Below, in pieces: positions 52,423-64,000 of a stretch of 64,000 bases of DNA (position 1 is the first letter of the stretch; every line of letters begins with the position of its first letter). A program made the position numbers and the translations under genes. The notes below the pieces were generated by a model. The model saw nothing but the letters and a program-made list of their open reading frames with translations. It was not told where the DNA came from and did no database searches. Location: the NCBI RefSeq assembly GCF_963676685.1, contig NC_092353.1, forward strand, positions 51,956,001-52,020,000. The letters are read 5' to 3'. Source of the stretch: Mytilus edulis (lineage: Eukaryota).

Positions 52423-55337
52423 GTAAGTGTCACAAAACACAATTTAACACATATAACCCTCAGATATCGTCTCCAACGGGTGAAATAAACGGAAAACCCC
52501 CTTGCAGAAGATGTCATGACATCCGGCACAAGGACTTCGGATCAGCTGATTTATAAAGATTGTGAAAAAAGTATACGTATTGCACTTTTTTGCGGAAATT
52601 ACCTTAAGGAAAGATAGTATAAAGTATAACTGTAACTAATGTATCCAAAGTATTATTATTTTCACAGGTGCGTACAATACTTCTCTTCTTCATTAAATTC
52701 AAGTTACCCCCTGGCCCTATCATCAACCTCTCCTCATATGAGGGGGCGAGGGGTATCGGGACCGTTTGCCCTAGGTCCGTTCGCTTTGTTGGTTGTATGA
52801 AAGTAAGTGACACATCTCCATAAATAATGCTGATTAGGATGTACAGGGATACCACTGCACCCTGGCAGATCTCAAAGAGTGCTCCGATTAACAGAGGTAC
52901 TACCGGTCGGACATCCATACATGTATACCAGTACATTGTACAAGCATCTCTTCTGTAAAGATGATTCAGTGTGTATACAAATCATAGGTGTGACAGTGAA
53001 GTACACAAAATTAATACACTATAGTTATTTTCCTGCCATTACTGTTAAATATTCCATAAAATTTTGATGTCATTCAAGAAATTTTCTGACTCAACAAAAG
53101 TGAATGTTGTATGATGTCAATTATTTAAATGTCCCAAAATCTCAATCAAATTTTGCTGATTGTAAAAGAGCAATAAGGTCTTTTAAGATGGTGCATGATG
53201 ATATTATATCTTTGTATACCACATACTAGGCACATACTTATTACTAGGCAGGATATTTATTACTATAATTTCCATGAAGATTCAGTTTTCTATTTGTTAA
53301 AACAGCTTTATATTTCAAAGATAGAATACTTTAATACTTCATACCTTGTACAGTGGAGGATCCAGAAATTTTCATAAGAAGGGGCCCACTGACTGCCTAA
53401 GAGGGGGTGGGGGGCCTGCTTCAGTTATGCTTCAGAGATTCCTTATATACATTTTGTAATGAACCAAATTTTTCCCACAAAAGGGGAGGGGCTCAGGCCC
53501 CTTGAAAAATCCTCTAAATTTGCCTATATATGGAGATGACTTATGTTACAATGTTTCACATGCATTCAGCTGTTGTCCTTGTCATCATTTTTGTTATTCA
53601 GAGCACATGACTGCTTGGAAAAAATGTAAAAGGTACTAGTTTTTATAATATCATTTGAATTTTATGTCATTATGAGTAACCATAAAAAATGATTCTGTAG
53701 AGTTTGTAGTTAATGGTCAGTTAGTTGTTGTGGTAAGGTCAGATTCTCAATTACTTTGAGCAAAAAATGAGCTGCAAATGAAAGGCAGCGTTGTGAAGGG
53801 TGCATACATAAATTAGAATTTGACCTCATTTTCATAGATCATTGATGATGTTAATAGATAATAAGAAGCTTATTAAGATGTGGTATGAGTACCAATGAGA
53901 CAACTCTCCATCCAAATCACAATTTGTTAAAGAAAAAAACATTATTTTAAGGTCAAAGAATGGTTTTCATCACAGAGCCTTAAAGTTGGCTAACATTAAA
54001 TAGCAAGTTAATTTGGTACCTGTAGTAAACAATTATTTTAAAGACTTTCAACAGAAAATTAAACCTGATCAGTATTAAGATAGATAGGACATTTGTCTTG
54101 TAAGCAGACAAGACATTTTAGCATGTTCAATTTTGTTATATATTGACTCATCAATTGGTTATTTGTAAGTAACAAATCATCAGCTCCACTAAGCTGGGAG
54201 ATCTGTGAGGATGTCTTTTTAATGAAAATTTGTAATGCAGATAAACAAGCAGAAGGGGGTGAAATCAGAGTGATTTTTTTGTCAAAAAGGGATATTTTGA
54301 CTTGCAGGAGACATATATCCAAAGGGGTATTTTAAAAATTTATAAAAAAAAAAGAGGTATTCTCCGTTCTAGAACTAATGCGTAGGCAGGTATGCAATAT
54401 TGATAAAAAAAACCATTTACACCGTGTACACACAAATATATGTATTATATAACATACAATATATTACACATAACAATTTTTACGTCACAATTAAAACTTA
54501 CCAAATACAGCATCATAACAATGGTTCTATATTCGGATAGAATCGTGACGTAAAGTTTACAATGTTGTGAATTGTTCATTGTGATTTTAGCTCTGTTTCA
54601 AATTATTTACATAAACATGAGGTCAGAATTTTCAATAAAAATGCAATTCGATGGTATTTCATAACATACTACACAGTATTTGTGCACACAAGGTAATTTT
54701 GTTTATAAAACCTTTTTTGGTGCTGGATGTCCACAATGAATGATGGTTATTTTTCGTAATTCACTCTGAAATTAATATCTCGCTGTTTATCAATATCCAA
54801 GTTGATATGACATTAACAAAGATCTGAGTGTATCCTCTTATTACCATGTTTCACAGTGAGTCACTAAATGCCAGTTAACTGAATTATCTTGTGTGTACAT
54901 TGCCTCATCATATAAACATATTTTTTATCATTCAAATTTATTGTTATAAACAGGCCAACAAATTTTGTATGAAACTGTTATTTCATTTTTCACAGAATGT
55001 AGTTTTTGTCAATTTTCAAATTACAAAATTAAAACCAAGATTTTTTTTCTCTTCTTTGATGTTTTGAAAAATCGCTGCTGATGTCTTATTATGAACAAGT
55101 GTATGACTATAGTATATTAGACTATATAGTATAGAACCAAGGCCTAGTAAGTAAGTAATTTTTATTGGTTTGAAATCCAAAATTACAGGATTGATACCAA
55201 GACAATACACATTGGTTATACACAAACATACAAACATATATATCATACCAAATTCATAAACATTGTATATGTGCCTAGTTGATAGTTATGTATTGAGCAT
55301 TTATTGGTATGTTTTGTTTCTATTTATAGATACATCC

Positions 55338-55652
55338 ATGGCAAGTGGAGTTAGAGATGAGGATTCTCTTCGTCTCGTTCATTGTTTATCTACGCGAAAT
55401 GAGTCTATTAGAAAACAGGGTCTGAACATGATATCCAAACTAACAGACTCCTGGATTGAAGGTTATGGAAGCCCTGTAAATAGCATATATATGAGCAATG
55501 GACAGAAAAACGGTACATCTATGAGCAATGGAAAGAAAAATGGTTCTCATCCTCTTCTGAAGGAACATTTACCAGACTTTGTTAGATTGGCATATGAGTG
55601 TCCTTTTGAAGATGTACGGGAGTTTTTCTGTGAATTGATAGCAGATATTCAG
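55338..55652 (+). CDS. SESN1: Sestrin, first coding exon (SESN1 long-isoform-like N-terminus); the gene continues beyond the window
   Basis: Acceptor AG at 55328-55329, ATG at 55338 and donor CAG|GTTAGT at 55653. LSTRNESIRKQGL...HLPDFVRLAYECPFEDVREFFCELIADIQ resembles the recalled human SESN1 N-terminal extension (LCSRDSTTRETAL...HLLMLSKRCPFKDVREKSEFILKSIQ). Invertebrate genes are co-orthologous to SESN1-3. Confidence 0.82.
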
Positions 55653-57635
55653 GTTAGTACATTAACAGTATATATGTGTATTGCAGAGTTGAATCATCAG
55701 GCACTGATATTTTTTCCTTAAATACTCTGTGAATAAAAGGGTGAGTCCCTGGACCCTTCCAAAAAGTGTAAGTGGAAACCCTGTCAAATTTCTAATGTGA
55801 CGAACCAGTCTTTGTCATTTTGTAAGGCTGAATCTTATAGAAGGTAACTTTCTTAGAGCATTAGTTTAACAAGTTTATTGTACCTAATTAATTTTAGGGG
55901 AATCTAAAACTTAATGAAGGGACAATTGTTTAAAAAAGTCCTTGCCACAGCAGACATTTGGATATTAAATGTTTTGTACGCCATTAGTGTGTATTGACTA
56001 CAAGTTTTATTCATGGTGATGGTAAGTTTCTGCATTAAGGCATACAGACAAAAATGTATAGCATTTCATTTTGTTTGTGAATGATTAACATGATTAAGTT
56101 TGGTTAGTCATTGACTTCCATAGTCACTGCTTCTTAGCAAGTTTGACACAGCATTTTTATTTCACCTCTTTTTCAATTCTGATACTCATTCAGAATAAGG
56201 AATGTATATTTTTCATACATTTTAGGGCCTAGCCTTGTACTGAAGAAAATATAAATTCAGTAATGAAGAGAAAGCTGTCTTAAAACATAAAGGGGTCTTC
56301 AAACACATCACCTGTGGTAGAGTCAAGTGTCAGATACGTTTTGTAATTTTGTTTCCTCCCATAAATTTTTATGTATATGGCTCTCAAAATAGTCTGTCAA
56401 GATCAAACTGTAGTTCGGAGAGTTCACTGACATCTTGTTTTCTAACCTTGCCAATCTTGATCAACATGTACTTCCACTTAAAAAATGAAGTGGTAAAAAT
56501 ATTCAAAAGTACATGTATTTACACAGAACCTAGGCTACTGTACTAGTTCTATGGTTTATCTGATCTACTACATGTATCTTATATAGAAAAGTTGCATTTC
56601 ACTTTGTCCTTGATAAATCAGGTTCCACTCGACAGATAATCTTTTTACTAGAGTTATGGCAGCATAACATTTACATGTATTGAAGGTTAAATACTAGAGC
56701 AATGACTCTTCCAAACATTTTTTTGAATAAATTCAACAGTCTGACAATGACCTATAGTTAAGTTTTAGGAAATTTACTTTCAACAGCCATGTATCTAGAT
56801 AAGGAAATAGTGAAATTGAATTAAAATAAAAATCATTAATTTTTTACACAGAGTTTAAGAATACTGTTGAAAGTTTACCCTCTGATCATGAGTTAAGAAT
56901 AAAATGAAAAAAATGCTCTGATGCCTGTCTGCCTTATTTTGGGACTGAATAAGACAAATTTATACTACTGGCTTATTGCTTTCCTCTTTAATATGATTGA
57001 ATTTTCCCCCCGTGGTTTCATTGGCATGATGAAAACAAATTCAGTAAAACAAAGTAAAAGATCCATACAATCATAACTGCAGAAATTTGTTCAGTTGAAT
57101 CTGGAACATAGGAACAAAGGTAAGACATGTATTGGGGTTTCGATCCAATTCCTTTCATTTAACTGACTCAATCAGTGATTTCTATGATAGCCTAGTATTG
57201 GATATTGGGGGTTTGGTTCCGCAGCTATATCAAATCCAAAACCTTAACATTTGTATTTACTGCTTCTAGGCAAAGCACACAAAATTTTTAAGAACAGCAA
57301 AGTAAGCTCAAAGACAGAATACATGTAATGTTTCCTGGTTACAGGGTGACATGCGATCCAGGGGGCCCTGGGGTGCCTGAGCCGCCCCTTTTTGTGGGAA
57401 AAATTGGGTTGATTATATAGGGAATCACTGAAGTATGACTGGAGCAGGCCCCTCCTTAGGTCAGTGAGCGGACCCCCCTTATGAAAAGTTCTGAATCCCC
57501 ACTGAACCTTATGAACTACAAATACATTTGTAAATTGTAGCACCTTAAAAGTCTTTCAATTACAAACCTGAGGGTTCATATTCATATCAACATGTTCATG
57601 ATGTTATGTACATGTCCTGATGTGCAGGACTGAGG

Positions 57636-57760
57636 CAGGGGCGGATCCAGCCATTTAAAAAAAGGGGGGGTGGTCCCAACTACATGTCCCCATTTAAATG
57701 CATTGATCGTCCAAAAAAGAGGGGGGTTCAAACCCCCAGAACCCCCTGGATCTGCCACTG
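57636..57760. mobile_element. hAT-like GC-rich MITE
   Basis: CAGGGGCGGATCCAG...CTGGATCTGCCACTG with 5-bp TSD TGAGG. Confidence 0.8.
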
Positions 57761-59139
57761 TGAGGAAATATTTGCCACTGGTTGCTAAAATTATTTTTCA
57801 TGCCAATTTTTATCATCAAGTCCTTAGAGGTAATTTTGTAAGTTTGTTTGATCTCAAAAATAATATTGGCAGTATTGCAACACCTGCAAGTCATTGCCTT
57901 CACTTGAGATTGGCTGCTCTTCTGCCAGAGCAATTATAGTTTCATCACCTTTCGATTTATCAGATAAAAATTATCACTTGAAAGAAATGCATGCTTTTGT
58001 ATCATATGAATGATGTTTTTTATAACAGTCAAATAATGCATTGTATAGTTACATATACTTCAAGAACTGAAACAATTTCATATGAATATGATTTATGTTC
58101 TTTCATTGAAGCTAATTATCTATTTACTAGGACTGAGTAATTAAACTTAAATAGTTGAAGGCAAATTTTCCACTATAGTATCATTATTGTACTACTACTA
58201 ATTTTGAAAAGTGAAAGTTCCTTCAAATGAAACATTTTTTCTCGTCCTGAACATGCATGAAATACTTGCCACTGGACGTTGATCAACCAAATATTTATAA
58301 ATCAATCAAACCTGACATTGACTAAAGAATACTAATTTATGTCATTTTCAGTCTAAAATACCAGTTTCTGTGGTTAATAGTCTATAGCTAAAATCTTACT
58401 GTCAGAGCTTTAGTCAAACACCTTGTCTTTTTAGTTCTGTTTAATGTTTTTGAACAATTTCAGAAAGAAATTGTTGATGACATTGAATTACCAAAATAAT
58501 AAAAAGTTTATCATCTTTGCACATAGTGAACAGTCAATGAATGTGAACGAAATCGAAAAGCAATTTGCACGTACTAGGTACACTTACACTTGTGATGCTA
58601 ACAAACATGTAAACAATAGAGAAGGAAGATGCTAGATTGATAAACATGTTGTCTTTATTAATGAGCTGTTAATATTATTTACATAATACAGGATTTACAT
58701 GTAATTCCTTCCTGACATGATTTATCATATTGTGTGTAAGCAAGGATAAAGCTATGACCTATGACAGCACGTCATAGTAGCTTCTGCTTTTGATGATAGT
58801 AACTTGATTTAGCTATTTAGTTGAAAAAATAACTAGCTATTATTGGCCAAGCAGTGACTAATGAAAGGATTCTATCCTTTCAAAGTTTGTTTACTGTGGA
58901 TTCATTAATATTCACTGGAAACCAATTTTTGTGAATTTCATGGTTACCATGGTTACCTGAGAACCATAAATTCTAATGAACAGCGAATTTCAAATTTTCT
59001 ATAAGAATGTATGCAGACTTTTGCAAAACCACGAAATAAAATATCCAAGAAAATGCAAATTTTCCTCCCCCCTCCTTCAGATCCGCATATTCTCAAAGAC
59101 ACATGAACTGTTCTAATTTTTATACTACTGCAATTTTTT

Positions 59140-59995
59140 TTTTGCATCGTATATTATGCTATCATGTCTATGTCGTTCTCCGAAGACGCTTTTAGTTTCC
59201 GGACAATAACTTTAGTTTTAGTGAATGAATCTCTATAAATATTTACCAGAAGGTTCAATACCACTAAAGGAAGGTAAAGATTGATTTTTGGGGTGATTGT
59301 CCCAATAGTTAAGTAATTAGGGGCCAAAAAGGGGGTCCAAAATGAGTATTTTTGCAGTTTTCAAACAATAACTAGTGTTTAAGTGTATGAATCTCTCTGA
59401 AATTATTCCACAAGTTTCCATACCACAAAGGGATGGTCAGAATTGATTTGGGGGGGGGGGGGGGGGGGTTTATGGCTCAAAATATTTAGGAATTAGGAGC
59501 AAAAAAGGGGAAAACTAGGTTTTTCTGGTCAATGGACAATTAAGACAATATAAAAGCAGTATTACCTTTAGAGTTATTCAAATACATTTAACATAAATTG
59601 GGTATATTCATGCAGATACAATGTATTCCTCCGTTACAGTTCTTGTAATTATGTATGAAGGAATGTCAGGTTTTGGACTAATTGCAAAAAAGGGTGGTGG
59701 TACATGTAGTACAAATGTATTTTTCATTTTTTTTTTCCAAATTTCTTAAATTCCAAATTTTTGAAAAGTTTGAAGCAGAAATCGTTAATTGCACAATATT
59801 GCGCAATAGATTTGTAAGATATTGACATTTTTTTGTGTCAGAAACTCATATAATGTCAAAACTTTATCACAATCCAAATTCAGAGCTGTATCAAGCTTGA
59901 ATGTTGTGTCCATACTTGACCTAATTTTTCAGGGTTTGATATCTGCGCCATTCTGCAGTCGTATAAAGCTGTGCCCTGCGGAGCACCTGGTTTGT
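59140..59995 (+). mobile_element. Degenerate HINE-type element
   Basis: Repeated ACAATAACT...TTAAGTG.ATGAATCTCT..AA.T..ACCA.AAG.TTC.ATACCAC units and a 3' end GCTGTGCCCTGCGGAGCACCTGG-TT. Confidence 0.5.
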
Positions 59996-60517
59996 ACATG
60001 TATTAAATAATTAAAAATGTCTTTAACCTGAACGAAATGAATTATATAAAAATATATAAATTTAAATAACACCATTGCTTTTTAATCAGATTATAATTGC
60101 GACTTTAAAATTAAAAAAAGAATCGTCTATTCGCATTGTTGGGACCTTAATCCCTAATTTTTTTTGTACGCAGTGGATATGTAATTATAATCACGTTTGT
60201 ACTTAATCACTCATTATAAGCACTTGATCTTTTTCACCTCACATGTATACTTTATGCAGTACAGTGAGGTTTGTAAACAAATGTAACTTGTCACCTGTCC
60301 AGGCCAATCGTCATTTTTGGGTCGCAAGTTCAGTAATCCCTGGTTTACAAAATGTATTGATGTAATCTGAGCTATAAACGATTAATTTTGAACATGAATA
60401 TTGAGTACTGTAAGTTTCAAATTATATGCCTTTGAGAGTGTATGTTTCATTTAGATACCCTGTGACCGGGTACTGATCCCAGTAGTAATTAACTTTGATG
60501 TAAAATACTTGACTTTA

Positions 60518-60798
60518 AGGCCAATTAAAAATGTATTTATGGTTCCAGTTATCCTACCTACATTTTAGTGGAAATAATAGCCTCACCCCTGGGAACAGTA
60601 TATCTGACAGTATATATATGTGCCTACCTACTCCAAATATTTTTTTGGTCATTTTTCATTAAGCACTATTGAAGTCAGAATGTTGCTTCCATAGACTTAA
60701 TGTAAAAAAAACTCATAAAATAAAAAAAATTCCTACCTAACCTACACTTACGTTTTTTTTTTATGTAACTAGAATCACACATACAATTTATTTGGCCT
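60518..60798. mobile_element. MITE with imperfect TIRs
   Basis: AGGCCAATTAAAAATGTAT...GGTTCCAGTTA / TAACTAGAATC...ATACAATTTATTTGGCCT with TA flanks. Confidence 0.6.
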
Positions 60799-61141
60799 TA
60801 GAAGGTACATTGTCTCTAATAAAGATGTATGTGACAGCCAGCATATTTTGCTGAGCTGTCATTATTTGTCAAGGTCTGGACTCAGTGTAGCGTGTACTTT
60901 TCTTTTAACTACCTACCTTTTTACAATTTGTAATCCTAGCTACAAGTACATAACACACAAAGGGTTTGAAAAAAATCTATCAGACATGAAAAGCAAATAT
61001 GTATCTCTGAGGAGCGGAATGGGAAGTTAAAGTGATTTGTCACTTTCTGTATGGTGTATTCATATATTTTCAAGGGAACAAATTGCGTGGATTGAGGACA
61101 AATAGAAATAAGAAGAGGTGGTATTTGTGCCAATTAGACTA

Positions 61142-61301
61142 AAGTGGCGGATCCAGAACTTTTCCTAAGGGGGGGCCCGCTGACTGACCTAAGAGGGGGC
61201 CCCCTCCAGTCATGTTTCAATGATTCCCTATATAATCAACCAAATTTTTCCAACGAAAGAAGGGGCCCGGGCCCCCCAGGGCCCCCCTGGATCCGCCTAT
61301 G
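61142..61301. mobile_element. hAT-like MITE nested in a SINE-like repeat
   Basis: AGTGGCGGATCCAG...CTGGATCCGCCTATG with 5-bp TSD GACTA. Interrupts the SINE-like copy at 61110-61440. Confidence 0.75.
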
Positions 61302-62678
61302 GACTACTCACACAATCCAAATCACAATGTGTAAAAAAGTAAACCATTTTGGGTCAAAGTACAGCTTCAACATAGAGCCTAAGCTCACATCTAACAGCAA
61401 TCTATAAAGGGCCTAGAATTAAATAGTGTTAAACAATTCAAAAATATTTTTGTAGATAATTGATTTAATGGATTTGTCAAAGTCTATATAAAAGCCTATC
61501 GATTGAAAATTTCTTTTTTCGTTGAACATTTAAGTTTGTGCTTGACATCAATCCCTATATGAAATCCAGGAAAATTGATATACCACAAGATATAAACACA
61601 GCTTCTGAACAACTACACTGATATTTATTAATCCTTCCCTTGTTAGAACAATTCTGTATCTTTTGTGATACTTAAAGATGGCTTTTAATTAAGGGAAATC
61701 TTAAAAATTAATTATTTCAAGAGTCTTGTATGTGAGCATTGATGATGCAAGTATGATCTTGTTAGGACCTTTTTCAGGTTTTATCATTGAATTTATAAAG
61801 ATTAGATAAGCTGTAATGGGGTATTTCAACCATTCATCTTTAAACACATACTATAAGACTCCTACTTGCTTTAAGATAGACTAGGTTTTGACCATGGTAT
61901 AACTATTTTGTCATGGCCTTTGTCCTGTTTGTTGTGACAAACTCATCTAGAATTGTTTTTTTTTGCAAAGTTGATTTTCTGCACTTTTAAAAGCTATCCC
62001 TATTTGATAAAAGTCTAATGAGAGAGTATATTTTTTCCTGATTTTATCTAGTAATCAAAGCTAGCAAAATCCCTCCATCAAATTTCGTAATTTAGCAGAT
62101 TTTCAACCCAACAACTAAATCTTTAACTTGCTAAACTGATTTACAAGTTTCTGTATGAATTAGATTTTGTCACCTTAACAGTTCAAGATACAGATTTATG
62201 ATTAAAAGTAAACTATAAATTTTGTTGTATTTGTTAAGAGTAGCAGATCAAAGGCTTGGATAAGCAAATAAAACTTGAAAAAATTAAACAGTATCAAAAC
62301 TCCGCATGAGACCTCAAATGATTAACTTAAAAACAAGTTTAGTGCATTGTCATGAACACTATGTATGATCTACATTTTATTCTAACAATTTAGTTGTTTA
62401 CTAGCCTCCAATAAAATAAGACAAACTTAAAAAAAAGAATGCATCAAAATTAGTATAGATAGGTTTAGCTAATTTATTATCAAAATTGTCTTTTTTAGAG
62501 GCCATAGCCACGAAGACTAAATTGATAACGAGTCGATTCTACTTTCAGTGGCAGATCCAGAAATTTTCATAAGAGGGGGCCCGCTCCAGTCATGCTTCAA
62601 TGATTCCCTATGGCAGATTTTACAGTATTGTGTTCTGTCTCCTACTTTCATGTTGCTAATGTGACGGAGACAAAAATG

Positions 62679-63085
62679 AGTAACATTAGCGACATTTGGA
62701 CATGTCACATGAGCAACAACATCTTTAAAAGTTAAAATGTATGCACACAGTGATGTTTAATATATGCCTGGAGTAATAAAATTGTACAGTCTGGTTTAGA
62801 ATTTCTAAATATACAGAATGTCATTTGCAGGTGTACTTTATATCAAATGAATACACAAGAAACCAAAAAATTAGTAACGTTAGCGACATTTGGACATGTC
62901 ACATGAGCAACAACATCTTTAAAAGTTAAAATGTATGCACACAGTGATGTTTAAAATATGCCTGGAGTAATAAAATTGTACAGTCTGGTTTAGAATTTCT
63001 AAATATACAGAATGTCATTTGCAGGTGTACTTTATATCAAATGAATACACAAGAAACCAATTCGTAATAGTAACATTAGCAACAT
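62679..63085. repeat. Tandem duplication of about 195 bp (2 copies plus the start of a third)
   Basis: AGTAACATTAGCGACATTTGGACATGTC...CAAGAAACCAA at 62679 and 62873, nearly identical. Confidence 0.9.
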
Positions 63086-64000
63086 CTACTATCATGACAT
63101 TATGTTTTGTTGCGAACGTCTTTTTGATGGACGGAATACATTTAAGGTCCTCTTGTAACGATATTACATACAACTTACCTTCTTTGCTTCCCCATCATGT
63201 GAAGGAACTGACTCCGAATCTATTTCTGCAAAGGGCAATATCGTAACTCCTATACAGGAGAGTTACAGATATAAATATATGTTGCTCACGTGACACTGAT
63301 TTGGACGGAAACCTCGAACAGTAACGTTCGCAAAAAATAAAACAGCCAATGATATTGATTCCTCAAGTCCTTTGACCCCCTTACGTCATCCAAATTTAAT
63401 ATGATTGCTATTTTCAATTATTTATAAAACCCGGGATAAAAATAACTACAATGGGCTGTCTGAGAACTAACAAGAAAATTGCGATCGTGACATACCATAA
63501 TGGACGGAAAAGACGTGACGTTAGCAACAATATTATTAAATTACCTTTTTTAGCCTTTACCAATAAAAATCTGCCTTAAAGTTATGATTAAAACACAAAA
63601 GAAGACTTTGTATTAAAATATAAGTCCATGTTATTAGGCTCCACTTATAAATAATACTTCAAAATTCCACTCCAAATAAGCTGGATGTCAGTAAAGTAGG
63701 TCATGATGTCTATTCCATGTCCAATATTTTGAAATTGAAAACCCTCTAATTCTAACATAAAACACAAACACAGGGTAATTTTTATTTTTATTTACTCAGA
63801 AAGACACATTTTATTCAATAACATAATGCATTACTCCATTACACAGTCTGTTTCACAGTTTCAGCAATTGCTTTTTTGATGGATACAAAAAACAATAATT
63901 CCTTCTTATTGTAAAATCTGCCCTATATAGTCAACCAAATTTTTCACCCCCTCTGAAAGTATCAATTTATATGGAAAAAAGACGAAGCTATATATAGCTT

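Noticed and set aside
55653-64000. p53 and FoxO sites in the sestrin intron (CATG-core half-sites near 57590, 57610 and 62700; GTAAACA near 58609 and 60274)
   Set aside because: Biologically plausible, but only half-sites or short motifs expected by chance in AT-rich DNA. No clean full p53 element was seen.

Overview
Eukaryotic, very AT-rich, intron-rich DNA. The C1q-domain gene cluster and the repeat families suggest a bivalve mollusc, probably a Mytilus mussel (inference). Most ORFs in the supplied track are spurious, so genes were rebuilt by hand from splice sites and phases. (1) The last two coding exons of an ECT2L-like RhoGEF PH domain (+; 7698-7870 and 26976-27097), separated by a 19.1-kb intron. 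(2) A minus-strand tandem cluster of three secreted C1q-domain-containing (C1qDC) genes, each ending in a 401-nt globular-C1q exon: gene A (37548-35781), gene B (45898-39364) and gene C (49691-47566). (3) The 5' end of a sestrin (SESN1-long-isoform-like) gene (+; promoter about 52.1-52.3 kb, first coding exon 55330-55652). The rest is dense with SINE-like repeats, Helentron-associated elements, P-, hAT-, Kolobok-, Harbinger- and mariner-like MITEs, and Penelope-like fragments. Three observations stand out. First, a very young 1.26-kb non-autonomous element in the ECT2L intron carries an intact minimal type-I hammerhead ribozyme, 178-bp terminal direct repeats (1083-nt permuted monomer) and a target-site duplication, as expected for a large retrozyme or deleted Penelope element. 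Second, the C1q cluster is mosaic: A has the N-terminal exons of C but the lectin head of B, and B carries an unrelated 205-aa coiled-coil stalk, with all introns in phase 1. Third, the predicted sestrin 5' UTR has an ATF4-like two-uORF arrangement.
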